Shown here one piece after another: positions 1 through 9,087 of a stretch of 31,228 nucleotides of DNA. The first letter of the stretch is position 1. Each line of letters starts with the position of its first letter. The translations under genes and the position numbers were made by a program. This DNA is from a virus (lineage: Duplodnaviria; Caudoviricetes): IMG/VR virus record IMGVR_UViG_3300037461_000157, positions 1-31,228 of that record; one strand, written 5' to 3'. Below the pieces are notes generated by a model that was not told the DNA's origin, ran no database searches, and saw only the letters and a program-made list of their open reading frames with translations.

Positions 1-37
1 CATCGCAACGATTGTGTGCAAGTCTGAGGGTCCGCTG

Positions 38-454
38 ATGTCCGGACATGGCCCCGCGCCGAAGGCGGATAGCCGGACGCGTCACGTCCCGATCCGCGGC
101 GAGTGGCAGGCGACGCCCGGCGTGGGCTGGCAGTTTGGCGCTATTCCGCCCTGCCCAGTTCGCCGAAACGCCTCCCGTGTCGCCTGGGCGACGTGGTTCC
201 GGGCATGGTTCGCCGCTCATTGGACCCCGGACGACGTGCCGGGGCTGCGCCAAGTGATCCGACTCTATGATCAGGTCGAGGCAGGAGAGTTCGTGCGCGC
301 CACCGAGCTTCGGTTGGCGATGGACAACTACGGGATCACTCCAAAGGGACAGCAGGACCGCCGATGGGCGCGGCCGAAGCCTGAAACGGTCACCACGGCC
401 CCCGTTGCCGAGCCGGCCGGCCCCTATGCCGGCCTCCGCGTGGTGAACGCCTGA
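38..454 (+). CDS. terS: Terminase small subunit
   Basis: ATG at 38 after GAGGG; N-terminus MSGHGPAPK and C-terminal ELRL...YGITP..Q..RRW resemble actinophage-type small terminases; stop overlaps terL start (TGATG). Confidence 0.8.
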   Translation: MSGHGPAPKADSRTRHVPIRGEWQATPGVGWQFGAIPPCPVRRNASRVAWATWFRAWFAAHWTPDDVPGLRQVIRLYDQVEAGEFVRATELRLAMDNYGITPKGQQDRRWARPKPETVTTAPVAEPAGPYAGLRVVNA

Positions 455-2016
455 TGCCGTGGTGCGGACCGACTCCCGATCGACCGTTCCCGTCCCTCGG
501 ATGGGGCGTCCTGGCGTGGACCTATGGGTTCCTGCCGTCCCCGGCGGACGAAACGAAGCCGCTCATCTACACCGACGAGCAGGCGCGCCGCGTCGTGCGC
601 TGGTACGAGCTTGACCCCGACTCTGGGGAGTTCGTCCACCGCCGCCTGATCCTCGAGGAGGCCAAGGGCTGGGGCAAAAGCCCGTTCGCCGGGTCGCTCA
701 CCCTCGCCGAGTTCCGCGGCCCCGTCTGTTTCGACGGCTGGGACGCGAACGGCCAGCCGGTCGGAGTCCCGTGGGGCACCGGAGACCGGCCACCGCCGTG
801 GATTCAGGTCGCCGCCGTTAGCGAGGACCAGACCGAGAACACGTACGGCGCGCTCTACGCGATGCTCATCGCGAACGATCACCGCGCTGCCCGCGAGCTT
901 CGCATTGACGACGGCCGGACCCGGCTCTACCTCCGCGACGTGCCCGGCGCGAAGCTGGAGCCCGTCACCGCGTCGGCCGGTTCTCGTGAGGGCCAGCGCA
1001 CGACGCACGGGCTGGCCGACGAGACGCACCTCTGGAACCCCCGCAACGGCGGCGTCCGCCTGATCCGGACTATGCGCCGGAACGTGGCGAAGATGGGCGG
1101 TCGGATGGTCGAGACCACGAACGCCCCCGTTCTGGGTGAGAAGAGCGTCGCCGAGCAGTCTGACCCCGATGCACCCGAGGCCGGCGTCCTCCACTACGCC
1201 CGGCGTGCCCGCGTCGAGCCCGATCCCAACTGGACCGATGCCCAGCTCGAGGAGCTGCTCGCCGAGGTCTACGGCGAGGCATGGTGGGTAGACCCGAAGC
1301 GGCTGGTCCGCGAGACCCGCGACCCGGCCAACTTGTGGGATGACGCTCTCCGCTTCTGGTTCAATCTTCGGACCTCCGGAACGGGACGCGCTGTCGATCC
1401 GCGGATGTGGGACGCACTCGCCGTTCCGCGTGACGTGCCGGACGGTGCGGCAATCGGCCTCGGCTTCGACGGTTCTGTGAGCCGGGACGCGACGTTCCTC
1501 CGCGGCTGCACCGCGGATGGCTACGGCTTCATCGTGGGCCACTGGCAGCGACCGCCGGGTGCGCCGCCCGAGTGGACCGTCGATCGGACTGATGTGAACG
1601 AGCGGATCGCCTGGGCGTTCGAGCACTACACCGTCGGCCGGATGCTCTTCGATCCGCCGTTCTGGCGCAGCGAGGGCGAGGCGTGGGCGCGTCAGTTCGG
1701 CGAGGATGTAGTGGTTGCGCTCGACACGAACCAACCGCGGCGCTTCGCTCCGGCCGTCGACCGTTGGTTGACTGCCCTGCGCGAGGGAACCCATACGCAC
1801 GACGGCGACCAGCTCACCGGAGAGCACGTCAAGTCGTCCCATCTTCGCAAGGTCTCCGCAGCTCAGGATGAAGCGGACGGCCGGACCAAGTTCGTACTCG
1901 TCAAGGGCGACGACCGACGGCGCATCGATGGTGCGGTGGCGGACGTTCTCGCCTACGAAGCTGCGATGACCATGCCCGCGATCGGGAGCCATGAGGTATT
2001 TGCGACATGGGCATGA
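454..2016 (+). CDS. terL: Terminase large subunit
   Basis: Walker A AKGWGKSP, Walker B LADETH, AAVSEDQT motif, RNase H-like GFDGS..RD and C-terminal RIDGAVA. Confidence 0.96.
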   Translation: MPWCGPTPDRPFPSLGWGVLAWTYGFLPSPADETKPLIYTDEQARRVVRWYELDPDSGEFVHRRLILEEAKGWGKSPFAGSLTLAEFRGPVCFDGWDANGQPVGVPWGTGDRPPPWIQVAAVSEDQTENTYGALYAMLIANDHRAARELRIDDGRTRLYLRDVPGAKLEPVTASAGSREGQRTTHGLADETHLWNPRNGGVRLIRTMRRNVAKMGGRMVETTNAPVLGEKSVAEQSDPDAPEAGVLHYARRARVEPDPNWTDAQLEELLAEVYGEAWWVDPKRLVRETRDPANLWDDALRFWFNLRTSGTGRAVDPRMWDALAVPRDVPDGAAIGLGFDGSVSRDATFLRGCTADGYGFIVGHWQRPPGAPPEWTVDRTDVNERIAWAFEHYTVGRMLFDPPFWRSEGEAWARQFGEDVVVALDTNQPRRFAPAVDRWLTALREGTHTHDGDQLTGEHVKSSHLRKVSAAQDEADGRTKFVLVKGDDRRRIDGAVADVLAYEAAMTMPAIGSHEVFATWA

Positions 2017-3845
2017 TCGATCGCTTCCGTTCCATCTTCATTCCGCCCGCCCATCCCTACGTCGACAACTACCTCCCGTTCGTGAGCTTCAACGGGAACA
2101 CCTATCCGCTCGGCGGCCTGACCCAGACGCTGCAGGGCAACGTGGAGCCGATCGCCTCGGACTTCGCCGGGCTGGTGCAGGGCGCCTACCAGCGGAACGG
2201 GATCGTGTTCGCCTGCATGCTGGCCCGCCGCTCGCTGTTCTCGGAAGCGCGCTTCATGTTCCGCCAGCGCCGGAGCGGCACGCCGGGCGAGCTGTTCAGC
2301 CTGCCGAGCCTCGACATCCTGACCACGCCCTGGGCCAACGGCACGACCGGCGATCTCCTGTCGCGCGCCATCCAGGACGTTGACCTCGCCGGTAACGCCT
2401 TCTTCCTGCGCCGCGGCGCCCGGATCATCCGCCTGCGGCCGGATTGGGTCGTCATCGTTCACGGGTCATTCAACGATCCCGACGTGGGCATGTGGGACCC
2501 GGAGGCCGAGTTGCTCGGCTACGGCTACCAGCCGGGCGGGCCCGCCAGCGGCCGCACCCCGATCTTCTACCAGGCGTCCGAGGTCGCCCACTTCGCGCCC
2601 GAGAAAGACCCGCTCGCCCCGGACCGCGGCATCTCGTGGCTGACGCCGATCCTCCGCGAGATCGAAGGCGACTCGGCCATGACCGACCACAAGCGGGCGT
2701 TCCTGGCCAACGGGGCGACCGTGAACCTCGTCGTCACCGGCGTGCCCTCGGCCTCCAAGGAACAGTTCAAGGAGTGGGTCGATACGTTCGAAGGTAAGCA
2801 CCGCGGCATCGCGAACGCGTACAAGTCGCTCTACCTCTCGCCCACGATGGACGCCAAGGCCGTGGGCTCCGACATGGCGCAGCTCGACTTCAAGGTGGTG
2901 CAGGGCGCAGGCGAAACGAGGATCGCCGCGGCTGCCGGCGTGCCCGCTGCCGTGGTCGGCATCTCCGAGGGGCTGCAGGGATCGTCGCTGAACGCCGGCA
3001 ACTTCGGTGCCGCGATGCGGCGCTTCGCGGACATGACCATGCGCCCGCTGTGGCGCGACGTGTGCGGGTCGCTCTCGACGATCGTCCCGCCCCCGCCAGC
3101 CTCCGAGCTCTGGTATGACGATCGGGACGTGCCGGCGTTGAAGGATGACGTGAAGTCGGCTGCCGAAGTCCAGCAGCTCCAGGCACAGGCCGTCCACCAG
3201 TACGTCGTCGCCGGCTTCGATCCGGCCTCCGTCGTGGATGCCGTGAAGTCCGGCGACCTCTCGCGCCTGACCCACACCGGCCTCTACTCCGTCCAGCTCC
3301 AGCCGCCGATGCCCGAGGGCCAGCCCGAGCCCGAAGCGCCCGAGCCGGAGCCCGAGCCGGAGGACGCCGCCCCGGCCCGCGAACAGCTCTTGCTCTTGGC
3401 CCGGACAGCCGAGGCGCACGAGCGCCGGGCTGACGCGGCCGAGCGGATGGCCGAGCGCGAGCCTCCGGCCCCCGTGGTCAACGTCACCACGCCCGAAGTC
3501 ACGGTGCATCCGGCCGATGTGAACGTGACGATCGAACGGGGCGCCGTGGAGGCCCCGATCACGATCGAGCCTGCGGTGGTGAACGTCACGACGCCGGAGG
3601 TCCGCAACGAGATCACCGTCGAGCCGTCCCCGGTCGAGATTACCGTCGAGCCGTCCCCGGTCGAGGTCCGCAACGAGGTAACGGTGGAGCCGACGCCGCT
3701 AGAGGTCCACAACGAAGTCAACGTCGAGCCCACGCCCGTGACGATTACCAACGAGATCCCCGAGCCGCGGACCGTGACGAAGCGCGTCATCCGCGACGCC
3801 AAGAACCAGATCACCGAGATCGTGGAGGAGCCGACCGATGGCTAG
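2007..3845 (+). CDS. Portal protein (HK97 family) with long Pro/Val/Glu-rich C-terminal extension
   Basis: GNAF..., RLRPDWV, RGISWL, IAAAAGVP..VG motifs typical of HK97 portals; position after terL; alternative start 2013 (ATGA overlap). Confidence 0.93.
   Translation: MGMIDRFRSIFIPPAHPYVDNYLPFVSFNGNTYPLGGLTQTLQGNVEPIASDFAGLVQGAYQRNGIVFACMLARRSLFSEARFMFRQRRSGTPGELFSLPSLDILTTPWANGTTGDLLSRAIQDVDLAGNAFFLRRGARIIRLRPDWVVIVHGSFNDPDVGMWDPEAELLGYGYQPGGPASGRTPIFYQASEVAHFAPEKDPLAPDRGISWLTPILREIEGDSAMTDHKRAFLANGATVNLVVTGVPSASKEQFKEWVDTFEGKHRGIANAYKSLYLSPTMDAKAVGSDMAQLDFKVVQGAGETRIAAAAGVPAAVVGISEGLQGSSLNAGNFGAAMRRFADMTMRPLWRDVCGSLSTIVPPPPASELWYDDRDVPALKDDVKSAAEVQQLQAQAVHQYVVAGFDPASVVDAVKSGDLSRLTHTGLYSVQLQPPMPEGQPEPEAPEPEPEPEDAAPAREQLLLLARTAEAHERRADAAERMAEREPPAPVVNVTTPEVTVHPADVNVTIERGAVEAPITIEPAVVNVTTPEVRNEITVEPSPVEITVEPSPVEVRNEVTVEPTPLEVHNEVNVEPTPVTITNEIPEPRTVTKRVIRDAKNQITEIVEEPTDG
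3608..3665 (+). repeat. 27-bp tandem repeat (EITVEPSPV x2) inside the portal extension
   Basis: CGAGATCACCGTCGAGCCGTCCCCGGT at 3608-3634 and CGAGATTACCGTCGAGCCGTCCCCGGT at 3635-3661 (1 mismatch); degenerate copies flank it. Confidence 0.9.
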
Positions 3846-4212
3846 CGTCTTGTCCGTGGTCGAGCGCCAGCGGCTGCTCGACTCGTTTGGCACCACATAC
3901 GGCTTCGCGTCCGCCCACTCCGGCGACCCCGGCGCGACCGGCGCGAACAACGAGCTGACCGGAGGCTCACCCGCCTACGCTCGCAAGGCCGTCACCTGGG
4001 CATCGGCCACGTCCGCGACGCCGAGCGTGAAGGCGCTCGCCGCGACGTTCCCGGTATTCGATGTCCCGCCCGCCTCGACCGTCGCCTACATCGGCTTCTG
4101 GACGCTCGCCACGGGCGGCACCTACGGCGGCTGCATCGACGTGACCGATGAGGTCTACGCCGGGCAGGGTACCTACACGTTCAACGTCGGGCCGCCGAGC
4201 GTGAGCCTGTAG
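3838..4212 (+). CDS. Putative virion structural protein
   Basis: GGAGGAG RBS; H.GDPG.TGANNE..GG..YARK.VTW and F.VP...V...G.W...TGG motifs seen in small phage structural proteins. Confidence 0.7.
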   Translation: MASVLSVVERQRLLDSFGTTYGFASAHSGDPGATGANNELTGGSPAYARKAVTWASATSATPSVKALAATFPVFDVPPASTVAYIGFWTLATGGTYGGCIDVTDEVYAGQGTYTFNVGPPSVSL

Positions 4213-4214
4213 CC

Positions 4215-4859
4215 ATGACCCTCGCGGGCGACAGCATCCTCGTCACTCCGGGCACCGGGGCCACGGTCGCCACGCATACCGTGTCGGCCAAAGAACACTC
4301 GGTCGTGATGGTGGCCGACCAATACGGCCATATCGCTGGCAGCCGGGATACGTACTTCTACGCCATCCCCGAGCAGGTCCACGTCGCGGCGGCCGAGACG
4401 GTCCATTGGGATCTGTGGAACAACGACGCCTCGAAGCTCGTGCGCATCGTCTCCATCCGCCAGATCCCGAGCATCACAACAGCCGTCACGGGCGCCGTGT
4501 CGGCATGGCGGTTGACACGGACCACGGCCATCGGCACGGGCGGCAGCGCCCAGACGGCATGGCTGCCGGACCTGTCGCAGACGGCGATGGATGCCGACGT
4601 GACGTGCCGCTCCAAGCCGACCGGCGGGGCGACCGCCAGCACGATCCTGCGGTACTACTCCCTCCACGGCGAGGAGACGAACGCCGCGACCGTGATGATC
4701 GCCAGCATGGGCGGGCTGGAACTGATCCCCGAAGCGCTCATGGTTCCGGGCATGGCTCCCGGCATCCTCCTGCGCCCGAGCCAGGGGCTCCGCGTCTCGC
4801 AGAACACGTCCACCGCGGCCGGGAATACCGGCTGGCTGATCTCGTTCACGATCGAATAG
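4215..4859 (+). CDS. Hypothetical protein, probably virion-associated, beta-rich
   Basis: Tightly packed in the structural operon; GC3-biased codons; Thr/Ala/Gly-rich. Confidence 0.65.
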   Translation: MTLAGDSILVTPGTGATVATHTVSAKEHSVVMVADQYGHIAGSRDTYFYAIPEQVHVAAAETVHWDLWNNDASKLVRIVSIRQIPSITTAVTGAVSAWRLTRTTAIGTGGSAQTAWLPDLSQTAMDADVTCRSKPTGGATASTILRYYSLHGEETNAATVMIASMGGLELIPEALMVPGMAPGILLRPSQGLRVSQNTSTAAGNTGWLISFTIE

Positions 4860-4862
4860 CCG

Positions 4863-5684
4863 ATGGACATCCTGCTCTTCTGGCCCGCCTCCTCAGCCGA
4901 CCGCACGGGAGGCGGCACGCTCGCGGCGTCCGCGTCCCTCTCTGGCGCAGGAGCGAAGGCCGACGCCGGAGGCGCGACGCTCGCGGCCACGGCGGCCCTG
5001 ACCGGAGCGGGCAAGAAAGTGGATGCTGGCGGCGCGAGCCTTGCCGCGTCGGCGTCCCTGACGGGTGGCGGGTGCAAGGGCGCGGTCTCGGGCGCCACGC
5101 TCGCTGCCAGCACGTCGCTCGCCGGCGCGGGGCAGCGCGGCGCACTCGGGGCCGGAACGCTCGCAGCGGCGGCCGTGCTGGCGGGCTCCGGGCAGAAGGC
5201 GACCACGGCCGCCGGGAGCATCACCAACCTCGCCACGTTCGTCGGCGACGGAGCGAAGGGCGACGCTGGCGGCGGCACGCTCGCGGCATCGGCCACGCTC
5301 GCGGGCGACGGGGCGATGGGCGCCACGGGGGCAGGCTCGCTGGACGCTGTGGCCACGCTGGCGGGCGCGGGTCGCAAGGGCGTCGCCGGCGGCGGGCAGA
5401 TCGTCGCGATGGCCGACTTCGCTGGCGATGGGACGAAGGGCGAGGGTACGGATCGGGTCGGCGGCGGGACGCTGGTGCTGGTGCCGATCTTCGCAGGATC
5501 GGGCACCACGACCAAGACCTTCCCGCTGGTGATCACGGCCGGGCACCGCGCGCGAATGGTCAGGCCGGTGCCATTCAAGCGAGCCTCCGGTGGCGGCGCC
5601 ATCCATCTCACCGCCCGCCTGACGGGATCTGGAACGAAGACATCCGAAGTGGACGATGACCTCGTCCTCGCGTTGGCCGCATAG
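4863..5684 (+). CDS. Ala/Gly-rich repeat protein (~20-aa repeats), putative fibre or decoration protein
   Basis: About 10 degenerate repeats of GG.TLAA.A.L.G.G.K; ends DDDLVLALAA. Confidence 0.7.
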   Translation: MDILLFWPASSADRTGGGTLAASASLSGAGAKADAGGATLAATAALTGAGKKVDAGGASLAASASLTGGGCKGAVSGATLAASTSLAGAGQRGALGAGTLAAAAVLAGSGQKATTAAGSITNLATFVGDGAKGDAGGGTLAASATLAGDGAMGATGAGSLDAVATLAGAGRKGVAGGGQIVAMADFAGDGTKGEGTDRVGGGTLVLVPIFAGSGTTTKTFPLVITAGHRARMVRPVPFKRASGGGAIHLTARLTGSGTKTSEVDDDLVLALAA

Positions 5685-5694
5685 GAGATCGCCC

Positions 5695-7857
5695 ATGACT
5701 ACCCCGACCCGCCCCCCGAAAGACGACCTCTTCCGGGCGATGCAGTCCGGCATCTCCTCGGATGACGGCCGCACCCTGACCATCCGGCTCGCCCCGGCCG
5801 ACTCCTGGGCCGAGATCGACAGCGTGACCGAAGGCCACTTCATGGAGCGCTTCCGCAAGGGTGCTTACCGGAAGACGATGGCCGAGAGCCCGCCGAAGAT
5901 CCTGTTCCAGCATGGCCGCGACCCGCAGATCGGCGAGAAGATCATCGCCTCCACCGAAGAGACGGGCGAGGACGAGATCAGCCCGTTCGCCCGCGGGGAG
6001 ATCCTCGAAGGCGTCCCTGAACTCGTCGTCTCCGGCCTCCGGGCCGGTGCCTACGGATCGTCGCACCGCTTCAGCGTGGTGCGTGACGAGTTCAACCCGA
6101 AGCCGAAAGCCGGGTCGCACAACCCGAAGGGGCTGCCCGAGCGCACCATCACCGAGGCCCGGCTGTACGAGCTGGGGCCCGTCACATGGCCCGCCTACGC
6201 GCAGGCCAGCGCCAGCCTCCGGTCCCTGACCGACGAGTTCCGACTCGGGGACATCACAGCCGATCCCGCTCGCCTCCGCGAGCTGGTCGCCTACATCGAA
6301 CCCGACGCACCCTCCGTCGACGCCGCGGCATCGCCGCACCTCGAGCCGGAGCGCCGCGAGACGGTCGTCTCACCGACCATCCCGACACCCGAAAGGAAGT
6401 CCACCATGGAGTACGTGACCCGCGACGAGAAGTCGTCGCGCGTGACCGAGCTGAAGCAGTCTCTGTCGGCCCTCGCCGTCGAGTACCCCGGCGTCCTGCC
6501 GGAAGACGCGCAGGCACGCTGGGACGCCGACAGCGCCGAGCTCGACACCCTGGAGCGCGACATCCGCGCCTGGGACGAGCGGCAGGCTCGCCTCGCTGCC
6601 TACGCCAACGATCCGGCCAAGATCGAGCGGTCCTACGAGCCCGTCCCATCCATCGTCCGCAAGACCGAGACCGACATCTACGATCTCCAGGCCATCTACC
6701 GCAACGCCCGGTCCGTCGAGGATCGCGGGCAGAAGATGCGCGACAGCGCGATGCGCGCCGCCGAGCAGCTTCGGGTGCCGTCCGATCGGTACGACCAGGA
6801 CGCCAGCCGCGACCGGCTGACCGGCCTGCTTGACTACAAGGACAGCGAGAACAAGGAACTCGCGCGCCTCGTGCTCGCGACCAACTCGCCGCAGTACCGC
6901 ACCGCGTTCTCGAACTACGTCGCCTCCGGCGGCATCGAGCGCGGCACGGCCCTCGCGGTCGGCGTGGACGCGACGGGCGGCTACTCCGTCCCGGTGTCTT
7001 TCGATCCGACGATCGTGGCGACGGGCGCGTGGACTGCCGTCAACCCGTACCGCGGCTCTTGCCGCATCGAGACCATCGTCGGCACCGACACCTGGCAGGC
7101 GCTCACCGCGACGGCCATCACGGCCGCGTGGGCCGCGGAGGCCGCAGCGGCCACCGAGCAGGGCCCGACGTTCGCCCGCCCCGAGTTCATCGCCAAGCGC
7201 GGCCACGCCTACGTGACCGCCAGCTACGAGATGGTGCAGGATCGGCCGGGCCTTCCGTCCGAACTGGGCCAGCTCTTCGGCGAGGCGAAGGACACCCTCG
7301 AAGAGAACAGCTTCACGGTCGGCGCCGGCACCACCGTGTACCCGCAGGGCATCGGCCTGAAGGACGCGTTCACCCGCGTCGACTCCATCACGAACGACAC
7401 GTTCGCCGTCGGCGACGTGTACGCCCTCGCCGCGGCTCTCCCGATCCGCGAGCGCATGAACGCCGCGTGGTACCTCAGCCGGGCCGCCATCATGGCGATC
7501 CAGGCGCTCGAGACCACGGGCGGCCAGCTCTTCAGCGGCACGAACTACGCCGCGACCCCGCCTCCGGCCACCCGGCCGAACGGCAACACCGGCCTGACCC
7601 TCCTGGGCTTCCCGGTGTACGAGACGCCCTCCATGCCGTGGACGCCGACCTCCGACGACACGACCTGGGGCGTCCTCATGAACCCCCGCAACTACGTCAT
7701 CCTCGACCGCGTGGGTGCCAGCATCCGCGTCATCGAGAACGTGATGGACGGGGCCACCCCGTCGATGCCGACCGGCGAGGTCGGGATCTACTTCTTCTGG
7801 CGGGGCACTGCCCGCGTGCTGTACGTGGGCGGCGGCCGCCAGGGCGCCATCCAGTAG
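5695..7857 (+). CDS. Prohead protease (HK97/U35-type) fused to HK97-fold major capsid protein
   Basis: AGGAG RBS before ATG 5695. N-terminal protease motifs FMERF..GAY, LFQH, GSSHRF, RTITEARLYELGPVTWPAY. C-terminal capsid motifs GGYSVP, G.GT..PQGI, LLGFPVYETPSMP, YVILDRVG. No stop between the two parts. Confidence 0.92.
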   Translation: MTTPTRPPKDDLFRAMQSGISSDDGRTLTIRLAPADSWAEIDSVTEGHFMERFRKGAYRKTMAESPPKILFQHGRDPQIGEKIIASTEETGEDEISPFARGEILEGVPELVVSGLRAGAYGSSHRFSVVRDEFNPKPKAGSHNPKGLPERTITEARLYELGPVTWPAYAQASASLRSLTDEFRLGDITADPARLRELVAYIEPDAPSVDAAASPHLEPERRETVVSPTIPTPERKSTMEYVTRDEKSSRVTELKQSLSALAVEYPGVLPEDAQARWDADSAELDTLERDIRAWDERQARLAAYANDPAKIERSYEPVPSIVRKTETDIYDLQAIYRNARSVEDRGQKMRDSAMRAAEQLRVPSDRYDQDASRDRLTGLLDYKDSENKELARLVLATNSPQYRTAFSNYVASGGIERGTALAVGVDATGGYSVPVSFDPTIVATGAWTAVNPYRGSCRIETIVGTDTWQALTATAITAAWAAEAAAATEQGPTFARPEFIAKRGHAYVTASYEMVQDRPGLPSELGQLFGEAKDTLEENSFTVGAGTTVYPQGIGLKDAFTRVDSITNDTFAVGDVYALAAALPIRERMNAAWYLSRAAIMAIQALETTGGQLFSGTNYAATPPPATRPNGNTGLTLLGFPVYETPSMPWTPTSDDTTWGVLMNPRNYVILDRVGASIRVIENVMDGATPSMPTGEVGIYFFWRGTARVLYVGGGRQGAIQ
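6391..6408 (+). promoter_or_regulatory. Internal in-frame ribosome-binding site and ATG for a capsid-only product (6406-7857, 483 aa)
   Basis: GAAAGGAAGTCCACCATG at the protease/capsid boundary, in frame with 5695. Confidence 0.7.
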
Positions 7858-7869
7858 TCAACCGCATAG

Positions 7870-7894
7870 GGGGCCGGGCACCTCGCCCGGCCCC
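7870..7894 (+). terminator. GC-rich hairpin after the capsid gene (terminator, attenuator or mRNA stabiliser)
   Basis: GGGGCCGGGC-ACCTC-GCCCGGCCCC, perfect 10-bp stem, no U-tract. Confidence 0.55.
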
Positions 7895-7914
7895 ACCACC
7901 ACCGGAGGCATCGC

Positions 7915-8136
7915 ATGGCAATCAAGGCGGCAGCAGAACCGCAGATCGTGATGGCGCTGACGTCCTTTGTCGGCGGCGCCTCGCTCTCCGTCATCAAAGG
8001 CGACCTGTTCGCCTCCGATGACCCTCTCGTGAAGAAGCACCCGACGCTCTTCGGCCCCGCCGAGGTCAGGCGTTCGGTCCCCGGTCCCCGCATCGAACAG
8101 GCCACCGCGGCCCCCGGCGAGAAGCGAGGCGCATGA
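7915..8136 (+). CDS. Small head-associated protein
   Basis: GGAGG RBS; DPLVKKHPTLF and EQATAAPGEKR motifs typical of the small gene following the MCP in high-GC phages. Confidence 0.75.
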   Translation: MAIKAAAEPQIVMALTSFVGGASLSVIKGDLFASDDPLVKKHPTLFGPAEVRRSVPGPRIEQATAAPGEKRGA

Positions 8137-8735
8137 TGGGCTACACCCTGACGAACACCGCCGCCACGACGGCAGCGGTCGCTGACCGGATCGTGACCTC
8201 CGAGAACATGAAGCTCGGCGCGTACACGATCGCCAACGCCTCGCCAGTCTGGGCGGGCGGCGCCCTGATCACCGTGACGCACACCGAGGTCGGTGGCGGC
8301 GTGGACACCCTGGGCACCATCGTGGTGGTCGGGAAGGATCTCGCCGGCCAGACGATCACCGACACCATCACGCCGCTCAATGGCACCGTGGCGACCGGCA
8401 CGAAGATATTCCGATCCGTCACGTCCGTGACCGGCGTCGGCTGGCTCATCGGCGTCGGCATCGACACGATCACCGTCGGCGTCGCCGCGGGCAACTACGT
8501 CTGCGGATCTGGCGGTTCCCTCGGCGGCATCCTCGTGAACAACTCGGTCGCGGCGACCATCGTGGTGAGCCACGCCGGGGGCACCATCCTGACCGTCCCG
8601 GCCTCGGCCGCGGCGGGCACCTATTACAACCTCGGCGGCGTGGACTTCAGCGGATGGCTGAAGGTCGCCACCACGAACACCAACGACGTGACCGTGTTCC
8701 ACACGCCGACCCTGCCATCCACCTACGCGATGTAG
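8133..8735 (+). CDS. Putative virion structural or decoration protein
   Basis: ATGA-coupled; Thr/Val/Gly-rich beta-strand pattern. Confidence 0.7.
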   Translation: MMGYTLTNTAATTAAVADRIVTSENMKLGAYTIANASPVWAGGALITVTHTEVGGGVDTLGTIVVVGKDLAGQTITDTITPLNGTVATGTKIFRSVTSVTGVGWLIGVGIDTITVGVAAGNYVCGSGGSLGGILVNNSVAATIVVSHAGGTILTVPASAAAGTYYNLGGVDFSGWLKVATTNTNDVTVFHTPTLPSTYAM

Positions 8736-8738
8736 CCG

Positions 8739-9032
8739 ATGCGCGTCGTCTGCGGCTGGTGCGCTCACGCCACGCCCCGAGGCCGATGTGACTACTGCGG
8801 GCGCGACCCGGTGGTCCCATGGCTTCAGCGTGGCGCAGCGCCACCGGCCGCGGACCACGACGCCGGGGAGGGCCGGCCATCACTGGAGCCCCGCGAGATC
8901 CGTGCCCGATACGACGACGCCCGCGCCGCCCTCATGGCAGCCGGACGCGAGCCGACCATCGAGGCCATCGCCGAGCGGCTCGACCGAAGTCCCAGGACTG
9001 TGCGCGCATGGAAGCAGCGCTTTGACCTGTGA
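8739..9032 (+). CDS. Zinc-finger plus helix-turn-helix protein
   Basis: CxxC...CxxC at the N-terminus; TIEAIAERLDRSPRTVRAW HTH at the C-terminus. Confidence 0.7.
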   Translation: MRVVCGWCAHATPRGRCDYCGRDPVVPWLQRGAAPPAADHDAGEGRPSLEPREIRARYDDARAALMAAGREPTIEAIAERLDRSPRTVRAWKQRFDL

Positions 9033-9087
9033 TGTCTGCCGCTTCTCAGCCTAGAAACCGCCACGCCCCCACGCAAGGATGTAGACG

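Noticed and set aside
14-37. Longer upstream starts in the ORF track (14, 5656, 10295, 12010, 17199, 20479, 22779, 26958, 30731)
   Set aside because: Downstream starts with SD sequences or stop/start overlaps match the domain boundaries better.
3466-5500. CRISPR-like or mobile repeat arrays
   Set aside because: Repeats are in-frame, degenerate at third positions and explained by protein repeats; no repeat-spacer pattern.
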